A stretch of 63,508 nt of DNA, the filler included. It is 6 parts of 6 records of this genome, joined end to end, with 100 filler letters (N's around TTAATTAATTAA, not from the genome) between each part and the next. Parts side by side here need not be neighbours in the genome. Positions count along the whole stretch, not along the records: positions 10,574 to 28,938 come from SRR2962707_4391; 5 more parts are not named here. One strand, given 5' to 3'. Each line of letters opens with the position of its first letter. Within the stretch, counting starts at the first letter, position 1. Both the position numbers and the translations under genes were made by a program. Of the stretch, positions 12,884 through 21,903 are shown in pieces. Under the pieces are notes generated by a model. That model was not told the origin of the DNA. It did no database searches and saw only the letters and a program-made list of their open reading frames with translations.

Positions 12884-13492
12884 ATGAACCAAACACGATG
12901 GCAAACCCTGATGAGCGCTCTGGGGCTCCCGCCTTCAGAAGAGTGTTATCACGCACTCCATGCCGCCTACTCAGAGAAGCACCGGTTCTACCATACCGTC
13001 GATCACATTGATGCCATGCTTACCCACTTTGACGGCGTAAAGGAAATCGCTGAAAAACCGGAAGAGCTGGAGCTGGCCATCTGGTTCCACGATGCCGTCT
13101 ACAAGCCCCTGTCGAAGACTAACGAGCTGGACAGCGCAAACTGGGCACAGACGTTCCTGGCTGCTCACAGTTACGGTAAGGCAGGCATCGAGCGCGTGCA
13201 CAACCTCATCATGGCCACCCTGCACAATGGCAACATCGAGACTCCGGACGAGCAGCTGATTGTGGATATCGACCTTGCTATTCTGGGCGCCCCGCCTGAC
13301 GTGCACGATCAGTTTGAGCGTAACGTACGCAAGGAATACAGGCTGGTGCCCGGGTTTATCTACCGCAAGAAGCGTAAGGAGCTGCTTCGGTCCTTTCTGA
13401 GTAGTGGCAGCATTTATAACCTTGAGCTGTTTAACGAAAGATACGAAGATCAAGCAAAACAGAACCTCCACAGGGCCATTAGCACGTTATAA
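12884..13492 (+). CDS. HD-superfamily metal-dependent phosphohydrolase
   Basis: RFYHTVDHI, LAIWFHDAVY, NELDSA, VDIDLAILG, VRKEY. Confidence 0.85.
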   Translation: MNQTRWQTLMSALGLPPSEECYHALHAAYSEKHRFYHTVDHIDAMLTHFDGVKEIAEKPEELELAIWFHDAVYKPLSKTNELDSANWAQTFLAAHSYGKAGIERVHNLIMATLHNGNIETPDEQLIVDIDLAILGAPPDVHDQFERNVRKEYRLVPGFIYRKKRKELLRSFLSSGSIYNLELFNERYEDQAKQNLHRAISTL

Positions 13493-13529
13493 ACTGCCCT
13501 GCGTAATCAGCGGATAAAAAGGACTTTCC

Positions 13530-13832
13530 ATGACTCTCGGATGGGTAATTGCCGGCACAATCGGCCAGGTGCTTCTGGCCTACATGCTGTTTATTCTGGG
13601 CGTATTCGGTTTCAGCGCCGTGGGTAACACCCACCGCCCCACTCCGTTCGATTTCTCGGTACTCAACTCGGCCCTGTATACAGCGCCTGCAAGCTGTCTG
13701 ATCAGTGCGGTGGTTGTTATTGGTCTCTACCGCTCTGGCGCGGGTGAAATGTCCTATCTCTGGTACGCGGCGCCGGTTCTGTTGTTTGCAAGCTACTGCC
13801 TGTACGTCAAGCTGTGTATCAAACGCCAGTGA
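13530..13832 (+). CDS. Small hypothetical membrane protein
   Basis: 100 aa, three hydrophobic segments, AAGGA ribosome-binding site. Confidence 0.6.
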   Translation: MTLGWVIAGTIGQVLLAYMLFILGVFGFSAVGNTHRPTPFDFSVLNSALYTAPASCLISAVVVIGLYRSGAGEMSYLWYAAPVLLFASYCLYVKLCIKRQ

Positions 13833-13915
13833 GTGGCGTTATGTCGAAAATATTCAATACCCGCTCGCCCGCAGTGATTATCGTGAAACTCCAACACCAT
13901 TGGAGGACATGAACG

Positions 13916-14377
13916 ATGACTGCACGCGCGAACTATATCGGCCTGGCACCCAAAGCCATGCAGATCCTGTTGAATCAGGAAGCCTATCTGAAAGAGCAGT
14001 TCAGCGACTCCAGCATCCTGAGCACGGCGTTGTGGGAGCTGCTAAAGCTGCGGGTTTCACAGATTAACCAGTGCGCCTTTTGCGTGGACATGCACAGTAA
14101 AGATGCCCTGGCCCAGGGCGAGACAGTGGAGCGTTTGATTGGCTTGAGCGCTTGGCGGGATATGCCGATGTACTCAGCCACAGAGCGCGCGGCTCTTGAG
14201 TGGGCGGAGCATCTTACCCAAAGCAAGCCGGTGGACGACCACTACTATGACAAACTGGCAACAGCCCTTGGCGAAAAAGGGCTGGTTGATGTAACCATCG
14301 CGGTGAACGCAATCAACAGCTGGAACCGGATCGTCAAAACCTTCAAGCCAGAGGTAGGCAACTATAAACCCCAGTAG
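13916..14377 (+). CDS. Carboxymuconolactone decarboxylase / AhpD-family protein
   Basis: ELLKLRVSQINQCAFCVDMH (CxxC); INSWNRI. Confidence 0.9.
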   Translation: MTARANYIGLAPKAMQILLNQEAYLKEQFSDSSILSTALWELLKLRVSQINQCAFCVDMHSKDALAQGETVERLIGLSAWRDMPMYSATERAALEWAEHLTQSKPVDDHYYDKLATALGEKGLVDVTIAVNAINSWNRIVKTFKPEVGNYKPQ

Positions 14378-14405
14378 CCTTGGCAAACCTGCATTCGACT
14401 TTCAG

Positions 14406-15140
14406 TTGTCCTGTCCATCGGGCCCGCTTTCGGCCTTTGTTCAGGGGGTTTGGTCTGCAGCTGTCTCAGAATCGGTAGCGGAACCTGTGGTAAAGCTGTT
14501 GCATTCTGAGGCGTGCAGCAGCATCTGGTTCAGTCTTGCGGGGGACGTACGAATCGGGGATATAGCCATTCCTGAAGGGGTGGTTGTTTTGCCGGTAGAG
14601 AAGGTGGCCGCCCAGGTATCACTGGCGCCGGGATCAGAGCTCGCGGGGATTCGCTTTCAGCCTGCCATCGGCTATGGCCTGATCCGCCAGCACTTTGGCC
14701 GGCCCACGGTACTGAACCGTGACCCGAGGCAATTGCCCGGTCTCATTCCGCTCTTTTCCCGCCTTAAAACCTGTTGCAACAACGTAAGCCGCGTGAGCAC
14801 GATGCAGAGCTGGGCTGAGAACAACTTCCGGCTAACCCGGCTCATTCCCGGCGCTCTGCAGCAGGCTCTGGACTGTATAAGAGACGATGCGGAACCGGGC
14901 TCGCTCACGCAACACCTGGAAATCAGTCAGCGCCATGTGGAACGCCTTTTCAAACACTGGATGGAAATGACGCCCAAACAGTACCAGCGCATTCTTCGGG
15001 TGAAACGGGCCATCAATTACATTCGTGAGCATGGCCAGGTTAACCTGGCCGAAGTCGCTCACCAGTTCGGCTTCAGTGACCAGGCCCATATGACCCGGGA
15101 GTTTCGTACGATTGCGCGCATCACGCCGGGCCAGGTGTAA
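14406..15140 (+). CDS. AraC-family transcriptional regulator
   Basis: C-terminal SQRHVERLF...LAEVAHQFGFSDQAHMTREF; start uncertain (TTG). Confidence 0.85.
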   Translation: MSCPSGPLSAFVQGVWSAAVSESVAEPVVKLLHSEACSSIWFSLAGDVRIGDIAIPEGVVVLPVEKVAAQVSLAPGSELAGIRFQPAIGYGLIRQHFGRPTVLNRDPRQLPGLIPLFSRLKTCCNNVSRVSTMQSWAENNFRLTRLIPGALQQALDCIRDDAEPGSLTQHLEISQRHVERLFKHWMEMTPKQYQRILRVKRAINYIREHGQVNLAEVAHQFGFSDQAHMTREFRTIARITPGQV

Positions 15141-15256
15141 TCACTGAAAATGAGGCATGAGGACTGGAATCTCCCCGCTTATTTTTCGTAGCCTGTTATC
15201 AGGTTCATTGGCAGCCTCCCGACCAGGTCAGATCAGCAAATCAGGAGTTGTATCTC

Positions 15257-16063
15257 ATGAAGGGAATCAGAAGCGCCTGCGCGCTTATTATCCTCACGTG
15301 TCTCTCGGCACTGACTCAAGCCGCCACCGCCGTCGAAATGGCCAGGCAGGCGTATTTCCTGATCGAGCGCGACCCTCTCGATCTCGATCAACGAGATGAA
15401 GCCAGTTACCTGATTCAGCGCGCCAATGTGTTGGACGGCGACGAGCCATGGGTGGCGGTTGCCCAATCCCGCCTGACTCTGGTGAGCGGCTACAAGGTTG
15501 GGCAACGACACGATCGCCGGGCCTACGAAGAAAGCGCCGTCAGTACCGCAAGGCAACAGGCAGAACGCGCAGTTCGTAATGGGCCGAACCTGGCCATGGC
15601 ACACGTTCAGTTGGCCATGGTGCTCATTATTCAAGGCGAACTGCGTACGGCCTGGGATCATTTGAATACCGCAGACTCACTGGATGAACAGAGCTTCTAC
15701 CCCTGGTACCTGCGGACGGTTATCGCGATACACCACAAAGACGAAAAATTCGCCGCAGAGGGTTTCAAAGAAATCGAGAGCAGAGCATCCCAGAAGTATC
15801 AGAAACGCCTGTTGCTTCATGAGCGCATGCGGTTGGCCAAGGCCACTAAGAACCTCGAGGAGCGGGATCGGCTGCATCGCAAAATGATCGAGCTGGACCC
15901 TGACTATGCCTACGCCTGGGGCAATTACGGTTCATTTTTACTTGGCCAGAAACGTTACCGGGAAGCCGTGCATAACCTGGAGCGAGCCGTAGAGTTGAAA
16001 CCCTACGGGCTCGCGGTGAGCCAGTTAGCGGAGGCACGCAGGAAGCTGAATCAAGCGTTCTGA
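15257..16063 (+). CDS. Secreted TPR-repeat protein
   Basis: Signal peptide MKGIRSACALIILTCLSALTQA; TPR-like AWGNYGSFLLGQKRYREAVHNLERAVELKP. Confidence 0.75.
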   Translation: MKGIRSACALIILTCLSALTQAATAVEMARQAYFLIERDPLDLDQRDEASYLIQRANVLDGDEPWVAVAQSRLTLVSGYKVGQRHDRRAYEESAVSTARQQAERAVRNGPNLAMAHVQLAMVLIIQGELRTAWDHLNTADSLDEQSFYPWYLRTVIAIHHKDEKFAAEGFKEIESRASQKYQKRLLLHERMRLAKATKNLEERDRLHRKMIELDPDYAYAWGNYGSFLLGQKRYREAVHNLERAVELKPYGLAVSQLAEARRKLNQAF

Positions 16064-16069
16064 TTTGCT

Positions 16070-16696
16070 TCAAACAGTCCAAACAACATCCTCATAATCA
16101 AATCGCACCTTCGGTAACTGCGCCGTGGTGTCCCAGACACTGCGATACCCCAGCGCCACGATGGCGGTGCTCTCCAGCCCAAGTTCCGGCAGTCCCAGCA
16201 CTTCGTCGTAGGCTTTATGGTCGAAACCGGTCATGGGGCAGCTGTCGATCTGCATAGTGGCGGCAGCCGTCAGAAGGGTGCCCAGGGCAATGTAGGCTTG
16301 CTGATGTGCCCAGACTTGTTTCTCGGCCGCTGTTTTGCCCGAAAGCGCCTGTTTCATATGTTCCACATACCCGGCAATGTCGCTGGCCGGGACACCGTGG
16401 GTCTTCACGAACTGGTCTACGTAGCGATCAACGGTGTGGTCGCCAATCTCTGTCTGGGCCGCGAAAACGATCAGGTGGGAGCAGTCCAGCACCTTTTGCT
16501 GACCGAATGAGTGAGCCAGCAATGCCTGCCTCACCGCGCTGCTCTCCACTACTAGGAGCTTGTACGGCTGCAGACCGTATGACGAGGCGCTTTTCCGTAC
16601 CGCGTCCAATAGAGTTTCGACAGCACGGGTATCGAGCTTTTCCGGTGAAAATTCGCGAACGGCGTAGCGCCAGTCCAGGGCTTGGTGGATATTCAT
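16070..16696 (-). CDS. Nitroreductase family (NfsB-like) NAD(P)H flavin oxidoreductase
   Basis: WRYAVREF, SASSYGLQPY, IDSCPMTGFD, VALGYR. Confidence 0.9.
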   Translation of the reverse strand: MNIHQALDWRYAVREFSPEKLDTRAVETLLDAVRKSASSYGLQPYKLLVVESSAVRQALLAHSFGQQKVLDCSHLIVFAAQTEIGDHTVDRYVDQFVKTHGVPASDIAGYVEHMKQALSGKTAAEKQVWAHQQAYIALGTLLTAAATMQIDSCPMTGFDHKAYDEVLGLPELGLESTAIVALGYRSVWDTTAQLPKVRFDYEDVVWTV

Positions 16697-16783
16697 GGTG
16701 ATGACTCCCTTAGCAGTGACGTGTTGCAGGCTACTCTAGGGCACGGTTATCTATCGAAAAACAGAGAATCCTGAAGAAAACTT

Positions 16784-16798
16784 TTTCCAATATGGAAA
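16784..16798. promoter_or_regulatory. Putative LysR box upstream of the nitroreductase
   Basis: Dyad TTTCC-AATAT-GGAAA containing T-N11-A; near-identical copy at 17750-17764. Confidence 0.6.
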
Positions 16799-16836
16799 CA
16801 GTTTTCCAACAACGGTCACCGGGTAATCGTGACCAC

Positions 16837-17733
16837 TCATTCCCAATACGGCTTGTCGCCGAGGTGTTGATCAATATGCTCCAGCAACAACCGCACTTTG
16901 GTGGGCTGTTTTCGCCCCGGGGGAAACAGCGCGAACACGGTATAGGGCTGGGGTGGGTATTCGGGAAGTAAGGCCACCAGCGCCCCATTATCCAGATCCT
17001 GTTGCACCAGGAAGCCCGGCACCAACCCCACCCCCGCGCCGTTCAGCAGGCTTTGCCGTATGGCCAGACTGCTGTCGGTACGGTAGTTGCCGCTCACGAC
17101 GACTTCTTTATCGCCCAATGCCCATACCCGGGGCCGGTCATGAAGATTGAACATCAGGCAATTCTGTTCGGCCAGGTCGGCGGGTGCATGAATGGCGGGC
17201 GAATGCTCCAGGTAGCCCGGCGCAGCACAGACAATATTCCGGGACTGCCTTAGCGGTTTGGCCAGCAGGCTTGAATCCGCCAGAGTGCTGCGAATGCGAA
17301 TGGCCATGTCCACACCCTGCTCCACCAGGTCCACCATGCGGTCACTGAGCTGAAGATCGATCTCGATCTCCGGATACCGGGCCAGAAAGCTGTCGATAGC
17401 CCCGGTAATGTGGGTAAGCCCGAAAGACATGGGAACGTTCAGACGGATCAGGCCACGGGGTTCCGCCTGAAATCCGCGAGCCTCAAGCTCGGCATCTTCA
17501 AGTTCATCCAGCAATGCCTGGGTACGCTTCAGAAAAGCCAGACCAGCATCCGTCAGGCTCATGCGGCGGGTGGTACGGTTGATCAGGCGAGCATCAAGAT
17601 CTCTCTCCAGAAACGCGATGTGTTTGCTAACGGTGGCTGCGGTGATATCCAGGTCGTCGGCGGCCCGGGTGAAACTGCCCAGTTCTGCCACGCGCCTGAA
17701 GATGTTCATCGCGACCAGTTTGTCCGTAGCCAT
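16837..17733 (-). CDS. LysR-family transcriptional regulator (CrgA/DmlR-like)
   Basis: HTH GSFTRAADDL...LINRTTRRMSLTDAG; DLVEQGVDMAIR. Confidence 0.93.
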   Translation of the reverse strand: MATDKLVAMNIFRRVAELGSFTRAADDLDITAATVSKHIAFLERDLDARLINRTTRRMSLTDAGLAFLKRTQALLDELEDAELEARGFQAEPRGLIRLNVPMSFGLTHITGAIDSFLARYPEIEIDLQLSDRMVDLVEQGVDMAIRIRSTLADSSLLAKPLRQSRNIVCAAPGYLEHSPAIHAPADLAEQNCLMFNLHDRPRVWALGDKEVVVSGNYRTDSSLAIRQSLLNGAGVGLVPGFLVQQDLDNGALVALLPEYPPQPYTVFALFPPGRKQPTKVRLLLEHIDQHLGDKPYWE

Positions 17734-17749
17734 GGCTCGATCCTCATTA

Positions 17750-17764
17750 TTTCCAATTTGGAAG
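17750..17764. promoter_or_regulatory. Putative LysR box in the lysR/eamA divergent region
   Basis: TTTCCAATTTGGAAG, 13/15 identical to the site at 16784. Confidence 0.6.
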
Positions 17765-17855
17765 GAGTATTATTCGAATTAGACTGATTATCAAATCAAT
17801 GCGAAAGCGCACACTGGTGGTCACCAGACATTTTTCACACATCGGAGTGCCAGCC

Positions 17856-18770
17856 ATGCTTGCCACCACATCAAGATTCAGCCTTCCCCTCCAGGCCGTA
17901 CTCTGGGGTTTACTGCTAATCAACGGCTTTCTGATTGCCCTAATGCTGGCGCTGGCCAAGGCCGCAACGTCTCTCGGCCTGCCGGCCGTTGCTTACGCCT
18001 TCTGGCAAACACTCGTTGCGGGCCTGGTGCTGCTGTTATGCACAGGGGAGCGCCGGGCGATTCATCAAGCAAGATTCGCCCGCTATTTTCTGGTCAGCGG
18101 CCTGACCGGCATTGCCGTGCCCAACGCCATCGGTTTCTTTCTGGTGACAAAGCTGGGGGCCGGCTACACCGGGATTATGTATGCCCTTCCCCCTATTTTT
18201 ACCTTCCTGTTAGCGTGGGGCCTGGGGCTGGAGAACCGCAACTGGCTCAAGCTCGCCGGGTTGTCCATCGCGGTGATGGCCTGCGGCTGGATTGTGGTTC
18301 AACGCCATGCTGAAATGAGCAACGCCAGTCCACTCTTGTTCGTTCTTGGGCTGGCCATCCCTGTGATGTTGTCTGTGGGGAACGTATATCGCTCTGTGGC
18401 CTGGCCAGCAAAAGCCAAACCGATGATCCTTGCGGCCGGTACCCTGCTGGCGTCTGCCCTGGCGCTGGCTCTGTTCGCCGCTATGACAAACACCGAACTG
18501 CTTCCATCAGGCACATCGCCTCAGTTGATTGGCATTCTGCTGCTGCAGGGGCTACTCACGGCCCTTACCTATCTGGTCGCCTTTGAGCTGCAACGGCGCG
18601 CAGGCCCGGTATTCTACAGCCAGCTAGGCGCTGTCGCCGCCGTATTCGGGCTGTTGATCGGCGTCGTCTGGTTCAGGGAGGAGTATTCTGTAGCCATCTG
18701 GCTTGGGGTATTTCTGGTGGTTCTCGGTTTACGAATCAGCAACCGTGCGACGGCACCGAGCCAGTCCTGA
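17856..18770 (+). CDS. DMT/EamA-family transporter
   Basis: About 10 hydrophobic helices in two repeats; GGAG upstream of ATG 17856. Confidence 0.85.
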   Translation: MLATTSRFSLPLQAVLWGLLLINGFLIALMLALAKAATSLGLPAVAYAFWQTLVAGLVLLLCTGERRAIHQARFARYFLVSGLTGIAVPNAIGFFLVTKLGAGYTGIMYALPPIFTFLLAWGLGLENRNWLKLAGLSIAVMACGWIVVQRHAEMSNASPLLFVLGLAIPVMLSVGNVYRSVAWPAKAKPMILAAGTLLASALALALFAAMTNTELLPSGTSPQLIGILLLQGLLTALTYLVAFELQRRAGPVFYSQLGAVAAVFGLLIGVVWFREEYSVAIWLGVFLVVLGLRISNRATAPSQS

Positions 18771-18882
18771 ACGGCGGGTTTTCAGGCATTAGGGATTGCC
18801 CGATCGGTTGGCGTAACTTGCGAAGGAAGTTAAAACAGCATAGCTTGAACACCTCTGGTTAAACCTCGGATGGAGCTCAATC

Positions 18883-19368
18883 ATGCAAAGGATCGCATCA
18901 CTCAAATTCGGTTTGCTTGGCCTTACAACCCTGTCTTTGCTTCCCGGCATGACCCAGGCCGGCGGCCCGTCTCCCGAACATTTCCTCAATGACAGCGCGA
19001 TGGTCCTGGAGATTCGCTATTGCGAATGCCAGGCCACAGAACCAGGCAACACACCCACCGAATTAAGCCCGGTTTTTCTGGAACAATCGCGCCTTCTGAA
19101 AGTTGACGTAGACCCTGAAGGCACGGGATTTGTATCGTCACCGGAAATAACATTGGGTTTTGAGCTCAAGGCGCGGCCGGAATCCCCCAGCGACTTCACC
19201 TTCAAGTTCGCCGGCCATTACGATCCCGTAAGCCAGAACGTTACCGGCACTGGAGAGGTATTGCTAACGAAGGATCAGTGGCTGAATCTGTTCAGCTCCA
19301 GGCATGAGAGAGAAAACAACACGGAATACCGGGATGTTGCGGTAAGGCTAGTTTCCGGAGACTTGTAA
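18883..19368 (+). CDS. Hypothetical secreted protein
   Basis: Signal-peptide-like N-terminus, CxC motif, GGAG ribosome-binding site. Confidence 0.6.
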   Translation: MQRIASLKFGLLGLTTLSLLPGMTQAGGPSPEHFLNDSAMVLEIRYCECQATEPGNTPTELSPVFLEQSRLLKVDVDPEGTGFVSSPEITLGFELKARPESPSDFTFKFAGHYDPVSQNVTGTGEVLLTKDQWLNLFSSRHERENNTEYRDVAVRLVSGDL

Positions 19369-19437
19369 GCCAGTTAGTAGTGTTACACTTGCAACCCGCC
19401 ATTAAGACCAACTTTAAACGGGTTCCAAGAGACACTT

Positions 19438-19845
19438 ATGGTTAAATCGATCGCTTTGGCGGGGCTTCTTGTCCTGCTCCTGGGGCTGATTATCTTTCAG
19501 TACATCATAACCTCGGTGCCCAGCCTGGAACCGCCCATCACGGTAAGTGACGCCCGGCGCGTAGATGACAACAACTCCTTGCTGGTGTCGCTCACCGGAA
19601 GCGAAGGCCGGCGTTTCACCCTGGGGCTGCGTGGCGATATAGAAGAGAAACCGGAGGAAGCCGCGCTGTTTTTCATCAGCCGCCCGACCCTGGTGCCCTA
19701 CGTATACTGGCCAGGGTTCCGCAGTAATGACGAAAAACGGGTTCTGAATTTGCTGACGTCTTGGGAAAAAAACCGAAAGGCGCCTTCTGAAGAGTCAGAA
19801 CACGCGGCGTATCAGATTTATTCAGTATTAAAGGATCGAAACTAA
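19438..19845 (+). CDS. Hypothetical protein with N-terminal membrane anchor
   Basis: 135 aa with hydrophobic N-terminus. Confidence 0.6.
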   Translation: MVKSIALAGLLVLLLGLIIFQYIITSVPSLEPPITVSDARRVDDNNSLLVSLTGSEGRRFTLGLRGDIEEKPEEAALFFISRPTLVPYVYWPGFRSNDEKRVLNLLTSWEKNRKAPSEESEHAAYQIYSVLKDRN

Positions 19846-19868
19846 CCCCGGACTCCAGCCCGGGGTTA
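19843..19868. terminator. Hairpin between convergent genes
   Basis: TAACCCCGG...CCGGGGTTA. Confidence 0.5.
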
Positions 19869-19883
19869 ACTTCAAGCTCCGGT

Positions 19884-20045
19884 TTACGAACAGGACCCGC
19901 AGCAGGTACCGCCCTCGCCGTGCCCACCCTTTTTTGGCTCGTCGTTCTGCGTCTCCGCAATACCACTTGCCTCGACGTGTTCAACGCCATTGCTTTCAGT
20001 TTCTGCGTCTTCTTTCTTGAAAATACTCACGAATGACAGGGCCAT
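19884..20045 (-). CDS. CCGSCS-motif small protein
   Basis: 53 aa acidic peptide ending HGEGGTCCGSCS; GAGG upstream. Confidence 0.8.
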   Translation of the reverse strand: MALSFVSIFKKEDAETESNGVEHVEASGIAETQNDEPKKGGHGEGGTCCGSCS

Positions 20046-20297
20046 CTGGATACCTCGGTTTGCTACTGGATTTAACATTCATTTTTTATGTATGTTATTG
20101 GGTAGACATCCGTCCGGTCAAGCAGTTTACATCTCAGGTAACCTCAAATCTGATTCCCTTGCCGGAGCCTCTGTACAGAGTCATGCGGAAGACAATACCA
20201 TCGGGGTTTCCCCAAGACTCAGAGAACTCGACGGAAGCCGCGCAGATTGCAGGCAGTCTTACCTCATTCAATTTGCTCAAAGGACGAAGCCACTACT

Positions 20298-20987
20298 ATG
20301 AAAACCATAGGTCTCATCGGTGGAATGAGCTGGGAGTCCACCCAAACCTACTATCAGTTGATCAACCAGAAAGTGCGTGAGGAACTGGGCGGGCTGCACT
20401 CAGCGCGACTGGTTCTCTACAGTGTGGATTTTGCAGAGATCGAAACCCTGCAACATCAGGGGGACTGGGCAGCGACCGGGGAAATTCTCGGTGCGGCCGG
20501 CAAGGCGCTGGTCCACGCAGGGGCGGATTTCATTGTGTTGTGTACGAACACTATGCACAAAGTGGCAGATAGTATTGAGAAGGCTTCTGGCCTGCCCATG
20601 CTTCACATTGCCGATGCGACAGCTGATGCGCTTCATCGCGATGGCATCGATTGTGTCGGCCTTCTCGGCACAAAATTCACCATGGAACAGGCGTTCTACA
20701 AGGAGCGCCTGGAGGACCGTGGCATCCAGGTGTTAGTGCCGGATGACGCGCAGCGGGAATTCGTGCATACCGTCATTTATGACGAGCTCTGCCGTGGTAT
20801 TATCCGCCAGCCCTCAAAACAGGGCTATCTGCAGGTGCTGGACTCACTGGCCGCACGGGGAGCGCAAGGCATAATACTGGGTTGTACCGAAATCGGCTTA
20901 TTGGTGCAGCAGGCTGATACTGCCATTTCGCTTTACGACACCACCCGCATCCACGCGGAGCAAGCCGTGGCGCACGCCTTAGCGTGA
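20298..20987 (+). CDS. Aspartate/glutamate racemase family (YgeA-like)
   Basis: MKTIGLIGGMSWEST, LCTNTMH, ILGCTEI. Confidence 0.92.
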   Translation: MKTIGLIGGMSWESTQTYYQLINQKVREELGGLHSARLVLYSVDFAEIETLQHQGDWAATGEILGAAGKALVHAGADFIVLCTNTMHKVADSIEKASGLPMLHIADATADALHRDGIDCVGLLGTKFTMEQAFYKERLEDRGIQVLVPDDAQREFVHTVIYDELCRGIIRQPSKQGYLQVLDSLAARGAQGIILGCTEIGLLVQQADTAISLYDTTRIHAEQAVAHALA

Positions 20988-21071
20988 GATACTCCGCACC
21001 GAGCGCAGCCGTTTCAGCCGCCACAGTTTATTTAGCTCCTCATTCACTTGGAGATGGTTTTAACACGTTCT

Positions 21072-21404
21072 ATGAAAAGCTGGCTGCTTCTTGGTCTGGC
21101 CATTGTGGCCGAAGTGATTGCTACCTCGGCACTGAAATCCAGCGAAGGGTTTACCCGGTTGTTGCCGAGCGTTGTAGTGGTAATCGGTTACAGTGTGGCC
21201 TTCTATTTTCTGGCACTGGCTATCAAGGTGATCCCTGTGGGGATAGCCTATGCCGTCTGGGCCGGGCTGGGCATTGTATTAATTTCGCTCATTGGTTGGT
21301 TACTGCTCGGGCAAAAGCTGGATTTTCCTGCGGTTGTCGGTATGCTGCTGATTGTAGCCGGCGTTTTGGTTATCAACCTGCTTTCCAACACAGGTGCACA
21401 CTGA
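21072..21404 (+). CDS. SMR multidrug efflux pump (QacE/EmrE-like)
   Basis: [14 protein letters not shown] with the conserved TM1 Glu; [13 protein letters not shown]; 110 aa. Confidence 0.92.
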   Translation: MKSWLLLGLAIVAEVIATSALKSSEGFTRLLPSVVVVIGYSVAFYFLALAIKVIPVGIAYAVWAGLGIVLISLIGWLLLGQKLDFPAVVGMLLIVAGVLVINLLSNTGAH

Positions 21405-21410
21405 ACCGAC

Positions 21411-21896
21411 ATGAGTACCGTAACTTCGATCACTATTCGTAAATACCGGATTCAGGATCTGAGCCCGGTGGTTCGCCTGTTCACCGATTCCGTGCACGAG
21501 CTCACGGCAGGTGCCTACGACGAAACCCAGCGTTATGCCTGGGCTTCACGGACGCCACATCTGGATACCTGGCGCGAACGGCTGGAGTCTCTGGAAACCC
21601 TGGTGGCAGAAGAAGGCTCGGATCTCGCCGGTTTCATTTCCTATGAAAAAGACGGCCACATCGACCTCGTGTTTACTGCCCCGAATTATGCTCGTCGCGG
21701 CATTGCTTCTGCCCTTTATCACGAGGCAGAGCAGCAGCTCAAAGAGCTGGGCGTAACAGAACTCAAGACCGAGGCCAGCGTGGTCGCTCGACCCTTCTTC
21801 GAGCGCCACGGTTTTGAGGTGGTGGATGAACAGCGTGTCACGGTCCGTGGCGCCCAGTTTCTGCGTTATCTGATGCGCAAAAAACTCGACGCCTGA
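21411..21896 (+). CDS. GNAT acetyltransferase (YafP-like)
   Basis: YARRGIASAL, EASVVARPFFERHGF. Confidence 0.88.
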   Translation: MSTVTSITIRKYRIQDLSPVVRLFTDSVHELTAGAYDETQRYAWASRTPHLDTWRERLESLETLVAEEGSDLAGFISYEKDGHIDLVFTAPNYARRGIASALYHEAEQQLKELGVTELKTEASVVARPFFERHGFEVVDEQRVTVRGAQFLRYLMRKKLDA

Positions 21897-21903
21897 CCTG
21901 GAT

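Noticed and set aside
11372-13843. AGTGGCGTTATG repeated right after two small membrane ORFs (11372-11383, 13832-13843), resembling an attC right end
   Set aside because: No matching RYYYAAC inverse core or attC hairpin and no integrase; a 12-mer match in an 18-kb contig is expected by chance
21072-21404. qacE-like gene as an integron cassette
   Set aside because: No attC site; GNAT follows after 6 nt, consistent with a chromosomal SMR operon
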